A stretch of DNA of 64,000 nucleotides, taken from the NCBI GenBank assembly GCA_038916785.1, contig JBCLBO010000006.1:2932-66931 (forward strand), written 5' to 3'. The notes under the pieces were generated by a model. That model made no database searches and was not told the DNA's origin. It worked only from the letters and a program-made list of their open reading frames with translations. Both the position numbers and the translations under genes were made by a program. Numbering within the stretch: position 1 is the stretch's first letter; each line of letters begins with the position of its first letter. Shown here piece after piece: positions 9,260-17,164 of the stretch. This stretch comes from Candidatus Hydrogenedentales bacterium (GTDB taxonomy: Bacteria > Hydrogenedentota > Hydrogenedentia > Hydrogenedentales > GCA-2746185).

Positions 9260-9772
9260 ATGATGGACAGAATTCTTTCGTGGGACACGCTGTGGAACGT
9301 ATTGCTGGTGATGTATGTGCCGGCGTGCCTCGGGCTGGTGTTGATTGTGCTCTTGCAGAAGGGCAAGGGCACGGGCTTCGCGGGCGCCTTCGGCGGCGGG
9401 GCGGGTCCGGGATCGGAGACGGTGTTTGGTCCGCGCGCGGGCCAGACGCTGCCGGTGAAGCTGACGTATCTGGCGGCGATTATTTTCGTGTTGATTTCGC
9501 TGAGCATGTCGATGATAGCGAGCTACGTGGGCCGGGGCCGCGCGCCGGAGCTACTGGACGATGGGGGGGCTGGGCCTGCGGCGACCTCGACGGGTCTGGA
9601 AGATCTGGGTATTGGCGGTGGCAGGCAGGGCGCGGCGGAGAGTGGTGCTGCGCCGGTGCTAGCGCCGGCGGAAGTCGCGCCCGAAGCGGCCGCGCCGGGG
9701 CAGACTCCTGCGGCGGATGCCGGGGCGACTCCCGCGGAAGCGGCACCCGCGGAAACGCAGGCCCCGAATTAA
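9260..9772 (+). CDS. secG: Preprotein translocase subunit SecG with Ala/Pro-rich tail
   Basis: LIVLLQKGKGTGFAGAFGG..SETVFG..KLT motif; conserved tpiA-secG synteny. Confidence 0.9.
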   Translation: MMDRILSWDTLWNVLLVMYVPACLGLVLIVLLQKGKGTGFAGAFGGGAGPGSETVFGPRAGQTLPVKLTYLAAIIFVLISLSMSMIASYVGRGRAPELLDDGGAGPAATSTGLEDLGIGGGRQGAAESGAAPVLAPAEVAPEAAAPGQTPAADAGATPAEAAPAETQAPN

Positions 9773-9906
9773 TTGGGCCGCGGGTTGGAAGCATAAGACT
9801 TTCGAGCACGAGCGCGATTGCGAGTGGTCATGACGGTGAAGCTTTCCTCCGTGGAGAATGAGAATATAGTGAGTGGCTTGCGAGCCGGTGCGCGGGGAAG
9901 TTGAGG

Positions 9907-9980
9907 TTGCTTCGCCGGCCGCGATGGGTTTCCCGCCGCGAAAGTGGGCCGGTGGCCGCGGCCTCCTCGCGATGGCGGGG
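9907..9980. repeat. Palindromic intergenic element, copy A (arms TTGCTTCGCCGGCCGCG / CGCGGCCTCCTCGC, 33-nt core)
   Basis: Arms identical to the copy at 11370-11443; inner GGCCGCG/CGCGGCC pairs as a stem. Confidence 0.75.
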
Positions 9981-10075
9981 GTGGGTGTAGCGGATTCTCG
10001 GAGTGGCACGATTACGGGCACGACGCGGGTTACGATAGGGGTGAGGGTTCGTTTGGGAAGTTAGGGGGCCTGCGC

Positions 10076-11329
10076 ATGGACGAGATACTTGTTCGAGGGG
10101 GCATACCGCTGCGGGGGCGGGTGGTCGTGCGCGGTGCGAAGAATTCGGCGTTGCCGTTGATGGCGGCGGTGGTGGCCGCTCAAGAGCCCTGTGTGCTGCA
10201 CAATGTGCCGTGTCTGCACGACATCTTTACGATGGACAAAATCCTGACGTCGATGGGCATGGGCATCGACTTCACTGGCCAGACGATGACGCTGGACCCG
10301 ACGACGCTGAATTCGAGCGAGGCCGCCTACGAACTCGTGCGCAAGATGCGGGCGTCGTTCTTCGTGTTGGGGCCGCTGTTGGCGCGCTATGGCAAGGCGA
10401 AGGTCTCGCTGCCGGGCGGGTGCGCGATCGGCGAGCGGCCGGTGGACATTCATTTGAAGGGCCTCACGTCGCTCGGCGCGGAAATACGCATAGAGGACGG
10501 GTATGTGGTGGCGCAGGGAAAATTGTGCGGGGCCAATGTCGGGCTGGATTTCCCGAGCGTGGGCGCGACGGAAAACCTGATGATGGCGGCGTCGACGGCG
10601 GACGGCGTGACGCGGCTGAACAATGTCGCGCGCGAGCCGGAGATTGTGGATCTCGCGGAGTTTTTGAACGCGATGGGCGCGCAGATTTCCGGCGCGGGCA
10701 CGGACCTGATCACGATTGTGGGCGTGAAGGAGTTGAAGGGCGCGGTGCACGAGGTGATTCCCGACCGGATCGAGGCGGGGACTTTTTTGATTGCCGGGTT
10801 GGCGACGCGTGGCGACGTGACTGTGGCGAAGGCGAACGCGAGTCACCTCGAGCAATTCCTGGACAAGCTGCGCGAGATGGGCGCGACGGTCGAGACGCGC
10901 GGCAGCGATATCCGGGCGACCGCGCCGAATGGGTTGGTGTCGAAGGACGTGTCCACGCAGCCGTATCCCGGTTTTCCGACGGATTTGCAGGCGCAGATGA
11001 TGACGCTGATGTGCATATCGCAGGGCACCAGCGTGATCCGCGAGTCGGTGTTCGAGAACCGCTTTATGCAGGTCGCCGAATTGCGGCGCATGGGCGCGGA
11101 CATCGAGGTGCAGGGCAACACGGCGATCGTGCGCGGCGTGTCGGGCCTGTCCGGCGCGCCGGTGATGGCGAGCGACCTGCGCGCGAGCGCGGCGCTGGTG
11201 ATTGCCGGGCTGATCGCGAGCAAGGGCGAGACGCGGATTGCGCGCGTGTATCACATCGATCGCGGCTACGAGCGGATCGAGGAGCGGCTGGCGTCGCTGG
11301 GCGCGGACATCAAGCGGCTGCGGGAGTGA
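10076..11329 (+). CDS. murA: UDP-N-acetylglucosamine 1-carboxyvinyltransferase
   Basis: GAKNSALP, RASFFVLGPLLAR, LPGGCAIGERP, PYPGFPTDLQAQ, DLRASAALV, HIDRGYE; ATG at 10076. Confidence 0.97.
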   Translation: MDEILVRGGIPLRGRVVVRGAKNSALPLMAAVVAAQEPCVLHNVPCLHDIFTMDKILTSMGMGIDFTGQTMTLDPTTLNSSEAAYELVRKMRASFFVLGPLLARYGKAKVSLPGGCAIGERPVDIHLKGLTSLGAEIRIEDGYVVAQGKLCGANVGLDFPSVGATENLMMAASTADGVTRLNNVAREPEIVDLAEFLNAMGAQISGAGTDLITIVGVKELKGAVHEVIPDRIEAGTFLIAGLATRGDVTVAKANASHLEQFLDKLREMGATVETRGSDIRATAPNGLVSKDVSTQPYPGFPTDLQAQMMTLMCISQGTSVIRESVFENRFMQVAELRRMGADIEVQGNTAIVRGVSGLSGAPVMASDLRASAALVIAGLIASKGETRIARVYHIDRGYERIEERLASLGADIKRLRE

Positions 11330-11369
11330 TTTAGGCCAGGACGAAACGTCGAGTGGCCGGCCGGAGAGA

Positions 11370-11443
11370 TTGCTTCGCCGGCCGCGGGTCGGGACCGCCC
11401 CGGCAGTGTAGACTGGCATCGCGGCCTCCTCGCAACGACGGGG
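11370..11443. repeat. Palindromic intergenic element, copy B
   Basis: Same arms as 9907-9980 with a different 33-nt core. Confidence 0.75.
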
Positions 11444-11490
11444 CTTTTGTTTTTCTTTTCTTCAAGAAGTACGAACAGGTAGAGCGTGGC

Positions 11491-12795
11491 GTGAAGCGAA
11501 TCAGTGTCCAATCGAATGAATCCTTTGAGGCTGCGGTGGCGCAGTTGTGTCACGCCGTGGCGCGGCCGGACGCGGACCGGGTGATCTTGGAGAAGGCCGA
11601 GGCGGCGCGGGCGATTGTGAGCGCCGTGCGCGAGTTGGGCGACGACGCGGTCGCGGATTACACGAAGCGCTTTGACGGCGCAGACTTGCGGCCGGATCAA
11701 TTTGAAGTGACTTCGGCGGAGATCGACGCGGCGATGGGGAGTGTCGAGCCGGAATTGATCGCGGCGTTGCGGCGCGCACACGAGAATATCCGGCGATTTC
11801 ACTCGAGGAACCTGCGGCAGTCGTGGGAAGAGACGCTCGAGGACGGGACTGTGCTGGGGCAGCGGATCGCGCCGATCGCGAGCGCGGGCGTGTACGTGCC
11901 GGGCGGGAAGGCGTTTTATCCTTCGTCGGTGCTGATGAACATCGTGCCGGCGCGCGTGGCGGGTGTGGAGGAAATCGTGATGGTCTCGCCGCCGTCGTAC
12001 AAGGGCGGTATTCATCCGGTGGTGCTGGCGGCGGCGCGGATCGCGGGCGCTACGCGCGTGTTTCGCGTGGGCGGTGCGCAGGCGATCGCGGCGCTGGCCT
12101 ACGGCACAAAGACGATTCCGCAGGTGCTGAAAATCACCGGGCCGGGCAATACGTACGTGACCGCGGCGAAGAGCCTGGTGCGCAGCATTGTCGATATCGA
12201 CATGGAGGCGGGGCCGTCGGAGGTCGTGGTAATCGCCGATGCGCATGCGAATCCGAGATTAGTGGCGGGCGAGTTGCTCGCGCAATCCGAGCACGATGAG
12301 GAAGCGACAAGTATTTTGATTACGACTTCGGCCGCGTTGTGCGACAAGGTCGCCAAGGCGATCGACGAGGAAATGAAGACCTTGTCCCGCCGGGAGATCA
12401 TAGAGAAGTCACTCGCCGCGAACGGTGCGATGGTGGTGGTGCGCGATTTGGACGAGGCGGCGCGGCTGTCGGACCTGCTGGGGCCCGAACATCTTGCGAT
12501 TTATACGAAAGAGCCGCGTGCGGTGTATGCGAAGATCGGCGCGGCGGGGAGCATCATGCTGGGCGAGGCGACGACGGTGGTGCTCGGCGACTATTACGCC
12601 GGGCCGAACCACATTTTGCCGACGGGGCGCCGCGCGCGGTTTGCCAGCCCGCTGACGGCGGAGAATTTCCGGAAGGTATCGAGCGTGATCGAATTTACGC
12701 GGGAGCGCGTGAAGCAGGTGGCGCCGGACGTGTTGCGGCTGGCGCGTGCCGAGGAATTGACCGCGCACGCGCGCGCGATTGAGATGCGCCAATGA
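11491..12795 (+). CDS. hisD: Histidinol dehydrogenase
   Basis: GVYVPGG, GGAQAIAALAYGT, ITGPGNTYV, DMEAGPSEV, QSEHD, GDYYAGPNHILPT; GTG start at 11491 inferred. Confidence 0.96.
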   Translation: MKRISVQSNESFEAAVAQLCHAVARPDADRVILEKAEAARAIVSAVRELGDDAVADYTKRFDGADLRPDQFEVTSAEIDAAMGSVEPELIAALRRAHENIRRFHSRNLRQSWEETLEDGTVLGQRIAPIASAGVYVPGGKAFYPSSVLMNIVPARVAGVEEIVMVSPPSYKGGIHPVVLAAARIAGATRVFRVGGAQAIAALAYGTKTIPQVLKITGPGNTYVTAAKSLVRSIVDIDMEAGPSEVVVIADAHANPRLVAGELLAQSEHDEEATSILITTSAALCDKVAKAIDEEMKTLSRREIIEKSLAANGAMVVVRDLDEAARLSDLLGPEHLAIYTKEPRAVYAKIGAAGSIMLGEATTVVLGDYYAGPNHILPTGRRARFASPLTAENFRKVSSVIEFTRERVKQVAPDVLRLARAEELTAHARAIEMRQ

Positions 12796-13844
12796 AGTAT
12801 CAGCGCGAGTTGTTGAAGCCTGTGACGGGCTACGTTCCCGGCGAGCAGCCCAAGCCGGGCGAGCGCATCATCAAGCTCAACACGAACGAGAACCCGTATC
12901 CGCCGACGCCCCGCGTGATGGAGGCGATCGCGGCGCTGGGTGCGGACGGCCTGCGGAGGTATCCCGACCCGAACGCGGTTGAACTGCGGAAGACCGCGGC
13001 GGAGTTGTACGGCTTCGCGGGGCCGGAGTGGGCAATCGCGGGCAACGGGTCGGACGAACTGCTCGCGATGATTGTGCGGACGTTTAGCGATCCCGGCGAC
13101 ACGATTTGGTCGGCGTACCCGACGTATTCGCTGTACGACACCTTGGTGACGCTGCACGGTGCGAAGTACGCGAGCGTGGACCTCGACAAGGACTTCCAAA
13201 TGACGCCGGAGTTCTACACGCGCAAGGGCCGCGTATTTTTTCTCGCGCGTCCGAATGCGCCGAGCGGGGTGTCATCGCCGAAGTCGGAGGTCGAGAAGTT
13301 TTGCCGGAGTTTCGACGGGCTGGTCGTGATCGACGAGGCCTACGCCGATTTTGACGAAGACGACTGCATGGATTTTCCGCGGCGCTTTGAGAACGCGATC
13401 GTGACGCGGACGTTTTCAAAGTCCTATGGCCTTTGCGGATTGCGCGCGGGGTTGGCCTTTGCGCGGCCGGAGATCATCGCGGAGCTGATGAAGACGAAGG
13501 ATTCGTACAACATGAGCGCGGTGAGCCAGGCGGGGGCGACGGCGGCCTTGCGCGATCAGGCGCACATGCGCGCGAATCGCGCGAAGGTCATTGCGACGCG
13601 TACGCGGATGACGGAGCAGTTGCGGCAGATTGGGTTTGTCGTGCCGGAGTCGCGGGGGAATTACGTGTTGGCGCGGTGGAATGGACGGCCTTCGGCGAAG
13701 GAAGTTTTCGGCGGGCTGCGCGAGCGGAGGATTGTTGTGCGGTATTTCGAGGGGCGCGGACTGACCGATGCGATGCGGATTTCGGTTGGGACGGATGCCG
13801 AGACGGACGCGTTGTTGGCGGCGATTCGGGAGATTGTGAAGTAG
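12792..13844 (+). CDS. hisC: Histidinol-phosphate aminotransferase
   Basis: KLNTNENPYP, GNGSDE, IDEAY, RTFSKSYGLCGLR; ATGA overlap with hisD. Confidence 0.95.
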   Translation: MKYQRELLKPVTGYVPGEQPKPGERIIKLNTNENPYPPTPRVMEAIAALGADGLRRYPDPNAVELRKTAAELYGFAGPEWAIAGNGSDELLAMIVRTFSDPGDTIWSAYPTYSLYDTLVTLHGAKYASVDLDKDFQMTPEFYTRKGRVFFLARPNAPSGVSSPKSEVEKFCRSFDGLVVIDEAYADFDEDDCMDFPRRFENAIVTRTFSKSYGLCGLRAGLAFARPEIIAELMKTKDSYNMSAVSQAGATAALRDQAHMRANRAKVIATRTRMTEQLRQIGFVVPESRGNYVLARWNGRPSAKEVFGGLRERRIVVRYFEGRGLTDAMRISVGTDAETDALLAAIREIVK

Positions 13845-13851
13845 CGGGCGA

Positions 13852-13950
13852 GTCCAGTTCAGCCGTCCCTCCGGGACTGGAATTTTTTCTAGGACCGAGA
13901 CCCGCCGTTAAAACGGCGGGCTACTATCATGCCGCCCCTCCGGGGCTCAG
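13852..13950. repeat. Composite palindromic (REP/BIME-like) unit
   Basis: Hairpins GTCCCTCCGGGAC, ACCCGCCGTTAAAACGGCGGG-CTAC (GTAG-tagged on the minus strand) and GCCCCTCCGGGGC within 100 bp after hisC. Confidence 0.65.
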
Positions 13951-13964
13951 CGCGAAGTCCCTCA

Positions 13965-14093
13965 GAAATCGCAACGATTCGGCCGGAACTATCTGAGGAC
14001 TCCTACGGAAATCGCAACGATTCGGCCGGAACTATCTGAGGACTCCTACAGAAATCGCAATGATTCGGTCGGAACTATCTGAGGACTCCTGCG
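13965..14093. repeat. Tandem repeat, 43-bp unit x3
   Basis: GAAATCGCAACGATTCGGCCGGAACTATCTGAGGACTCCTAC starts at 13965, 14008 and 14051; no unique spacers. Confidence 0.9.
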
Positions 14094-14177
14094 AAACGTC
14101 CCGCGCTTTCTGCGGCTCTCGCCGCCGGACTATTCTGGTTTGAATCCGGGTTACACTGGGCACGGGAGGACTCTGTC

Positions 14178-15026
14178 ATGGCACACAAGGGAGCGGTGGT
14201 CATCACCGGGGCATCGACGGGGATGGGCGAGCATTGCGCGCTGGGGCTGGCGGCGCGGGGGTATCGCGTGTTCGCGGGCGTGCGGAAGGCTGCGGATGGG
14301 GACGCATTGAAACGGCGCGCCTCGGGATTACTCGAACCGCTTATCATCGACGTGGTGAGCGAGTCGGGCGTACGGGAGGCTGCTACGGTAGTGGAGCGGT
14401 CGCTCGGTGGCGAGCCGCTGATGGCGCTATGGAACAATGCCGGGATTACGGTGAATGGTCCGCTTGAGTTTTTGGCGCTGAACGATTTGCGGCGGCAGCT
14501 TGAGGTGAATGTGATCGGGCAGGTGGCGGCGACGCAGGCTTTTCTGCCGATGATCCGGAAGTCGAAGGGCCGGATTCTCATTACGGGATCGATCGGCGGG
14601 TTCTTCACGACGCCGATGCTCGTTCCCTACTGCATGTCGAAGTACGCGATGGAGGCGATGGCGGACGGGCTGCGGCGGGAGTTGCGGCCCACGGGGGTGC
14701 GGGTGGTATTACTTGAGCCGGGCGGCATCCAGAGCAAGATTTGGGAGAAGGGCATTGGCGAGAGCGAGGTTTTCTTGAAGAACGCGCCTCCGCAGATGAT
14801 GGAGGTGTACGGGTGGCTTGTGCAGGCCTTGCAGCGGCTCGCTCCGAAGATGGCTAGGGACGCGAAGCCGCCTCAGGAAGTGCTCGATTGCGTGATTCAC
14901 GCGCTCGAATCGCCACGGCCGAAGACGCGCTATCGGATGGGGCACAACTCTACTGCGCAGAAGATTATCGCTAGCCTGCCGGATCGCGTGCAGGACGCGC
15001 TGGTTGCGAAAATGATGGGCGGGTAG
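14178..15026 (+). CDS. Short-chain dehydrogenase/reductase
   Basis: TGASTGMG, NNAG, YCMSK (YxxxK). Confidence 0.92.
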   Translation: MAHKGAVVITGASTGMGEHCALGLAARGYRVFAGVRKAADGDALKRRASGLLEPLIIDVVSESGVREAATVVERSLGGEPLMALWNNAGITVNGPLEFLALNDLRRQLEVNVIGQVAATQAFLPMIRKSKGRILITGSIGGFFTTPMLVPYCMSKYAMEAMADGLRRELRPTGVRVVLLEPGGIQSKIWEKGIGESEVFLKNAPPQMMEVYGWLVQALQRLAPKMARDAKPPQEVLDCVIHALESPRPKTRYRMGHNSTAQKIIASLPDRVQDALVAKMMGG

Positions 15027-15199
15027 TATCACCTAAGAGCGGAGTGGGCCGTATCAGGGGGAACGAACCCCGATTACGAGCACGATTACGAGCACGAACT
15101 GGGCACGCGCGAGCGGGTGGCGATGCATCGGTGAGTTCGCGGGTTGGGTTCTGTAGGATACGCTTTCCTGATCTGAGTTGGGAATTGTGGAGCGTGGAC

Positions 15200-16198
15200 G
15201 TGCATCGATTTTTGTTGTTTGCGGCGGTGGCGGTGGTGCTTTGCGGCTGCGGCGCTTCGCGTGACGTCGTGGTCGTCATCAGTCCGCACGGTATGGATGT
15301 GGGGAAGGACTACGAGGCGCGGTTCGAGGCGGCGCACCCCGGCATCGACGTGCAGTGGCTCGATATGGGATCGCAGGAGGTGTATAGCAAGATCAGCGCG
15401 GAGCGGAACCGGCCGGCGTGCGACGTGTGGTGGGGCGCGCCGAGCACGATGTTCATGCAGGCGGCGAAGGAGGGCTTGCTGGAGGCGTATCGGCCGAGTT
15501 GGTCGGACGCGATGGCGCCGGCGGACAAGGACGCGCAGGACCGCTGGTACGGAATTTATCAGACGCCGCTGGCGATGTTATTCAATACGCGCACGTACAC
15601 GCGCGCCGAGGTGCCGCAGACCTGGGATGAATTGCTCGATCCGAAGTGGACGGGGAAGATCACGATCCGCAAGCCGCTGGCCTCGGGCACGATGCGCACG
15701 TTTATCGGCGCGATGGTCCTGCGCGCGGAAAGCGAAGACGCCGGTATCGAATGGTTGAAGAAACTCCACGCGCAGACGAAGAGCTATCAGGAGACGCCGC
15801 AACTGCTCTTCGACAACCTCAAGCGCAGCGAGGACTTGATCAGCGTGTGGATCATGCCGGACGCGGTGTTGCAGCGCGAGCGGAACGGGAGCCCATTCGA
15901 CTTTTATTTACCGAAACCCACGCCGGTCCTCACGGAAGCGATCGCGATCGTGAAGGGTGCGCCGCACCGGAAGAATGCAGAATTGTTTTACGAGTTCGTG
16001 ACGACGGCGGACGCGCTGGTGCACCAGGCGGAGGCCTACGCGAAGGTCCCGGCGCGCAAGGACATCGATCCGAAGCGGCTGCCGGCGTGGATCGCGCGAG
16101 AGACGATCGAGCCGATGGCGATTGACTGGGAGAAGTTCGCTGGGCAGGAGCAGAAATGGATGGAGCGCTGGGAAAAAGAGGTATACAGCGCGCGATGA
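15200..16198 (+). CDS. ABC transporter extracellular solute-binding lipoprotein (Fe3+/polyamine/phosphonate-like class)
   Basis: Lipobox-like VLCGCG; PQTWDELLDPKWTGKI; EAIAIVKGAPH..A..FYEF; GTG start at 15194 or 15200. Confidence 0.85.
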   Translation: MHRFLLFAAVAVVLCGCGASRDVVVVISPHGMDVGKDYEARFEAAHPGIDVQWLDMGSQEVYSKISAERNRPACDVWWGAPSTMFMQAAKEGLLEAYRPSWSDAMAPADKDAQDRWYGIYQTPLAMLFNTRTYTRAEVPQTWDELLDPKWTGKITIRKPLASGTMRTFIGAMVLRAESEDAGIEWLKKLHAQTKSYQETPQLLFDNLKRSEDLISVWIMPDAVLQRERNGSPFDFYLPKPTPVLTEAIAIVKGAPHRKNAELFYEFVTTADALVHQAEAYAKVPARKDIDPKRLPAWIARETIEPMAIDWEKFAGQEQKWMERWEKEVYSAR

Positions 16199-16926
16199 GT
16201 TCGGTCCGGCTCGATCATGTGTCCAAGGTGTACGCCGAGGGCGGCGGCGTGCGCGATTTTTCGGTGGAGATCGCGGACGGGGAATTTTTTGCGTTCCTCG
16301 GCCAGAGCGGTTGCGGGAAGACGACGACGCTGCGCGTGATCGCTGGGCTTGAACAACCGGATCGCGGGCGCGTGTATTTCGACGGGCGCGACGTGACGGA
16401 GTTGCCGCCGGAGAAGCGCGACGCGGCGATGGTGTTTCAGAATTATGCGTTGTTTCCGCATATGAACGTGGGGGAGAACGTGGCGTTTGGCTTGAAGGCG
16501 CGCAAGACACCGAAGCGCGAGATCGCGCGGCGCGTCGGCGAGGCGCTCGAACTGGTGCAACTGAGCGGGATGGAGCGCCGCGCGGTGACGGAGTTGAGCG
16601 GGGGGCAGCAGCAGCGGGTCGCGCTTGCGCGGGCGATCGTGGTGCAGCCGAAGATTCTTCTGATGGATGAGCCGCTGAGTAATTTGGATGCGGAGCTGCG
16701 CTACTCGACGCGGCGGCAATTGGCGGAGTTGCAGCGGCGCTTGAAAATCACGGCGATTTACGTGACCCACGACCAGGAGGAGGCGCTGGAGTTGGCACAC
16801 CGCATCGCGATTATGCGCGAGGGCGTCGTCGAGCAGATCGGGACGCCTGAGGATGTGTTGGACCGGCCGGCGACGCCGTTTGTGGAGAGTTTTTTGGAGC
16901 GTCAGCGGCGGTTGATGCGGAAGTAG
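16195..16926 (+). CDS. ABC transporter ATP-binding protein (PotA/FbpC-like, no TOBE tail)
   Basis: Walker A GQSGCGKT, LSGGQQQRVALARA, LLMDEPLSNLD, YVTHDQEEA; ATGA overlap. Confidence 0.92.
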   Translation: MSSVRLDHVSKVYAEGGGVRDFSVEIADGEFFAFLGQSGCGKTTTLRVIAGLEQPDRGRVYFDGRDVTELPPEKRDAAMVFQNYALFPHMNVGENVAFGLKARKTPKREIARRVGEALELVQLSGMERRAVTELSGGQQQRVALARAIVVQPKILLMDEPLSNLDAELRYSTRRQLAELQRRLKITAIYVTHDQEEALELAHRIAIMREGVVEQIGTPEDVLDRPATPFVESFLERQRRLMRK

Positions 16927-16955
16927 TGGCCCGGGGGTTTTCTGGGACGCTCCGA

Positions 16956-17097
16956 TTCATTCTTCATCGGCCGGAGGCCGATGCTACGGGGGCCGGTTTC
17001 ATTTTCCATCGGCCGATGGACTGCGGACGAGGCGCCGGTTCCAGAACGTCGGGAGATTGGTTCATTCTTCATCGGCCGGAGGCCGATGCTACGGGGG
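16956..17097 (-). repeat. GTAG-type REP-like palindromes, two copies (GTAGCATCGGCCTCCGGCCGATGAAGAATGAA)
   Basis: Identical copies at 16956-16987 and 17061-17092; third copy at 52828-52858. Confidence 0.85.
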
Positions 17098-17164
17098 ACT
17101 ACGCGCCACGGGGGCCGCGCCTAGGGTGGGTCGATCTGGTATTATTCTAACGGGGGAATAGAGC

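Noticed and set aside
9773-10075. tRNA-Leu or tmRNA after secG
   Set aside because: No cloverleaf, T-loop or CCA end found; the gap holds repeat tracts instead.
9944-10075. N-terminal extensions from the ORF track (murA, hisD, SBP, glpD, ltaE and others)
   Set aside because: The extensions translate intergenic repeats; homology-consistent starts lie downstream.
9907-11443. Integron attC sites around murA
   Set aside because: No RYYYAAC/GTTRRRY core ends and no integrase; murA is a core gene.
13965-14093. CRISPR array
   Set aside because: The units are contiguous near-identical 43-mers with no unique spacers, and there are no cas genes in the window.
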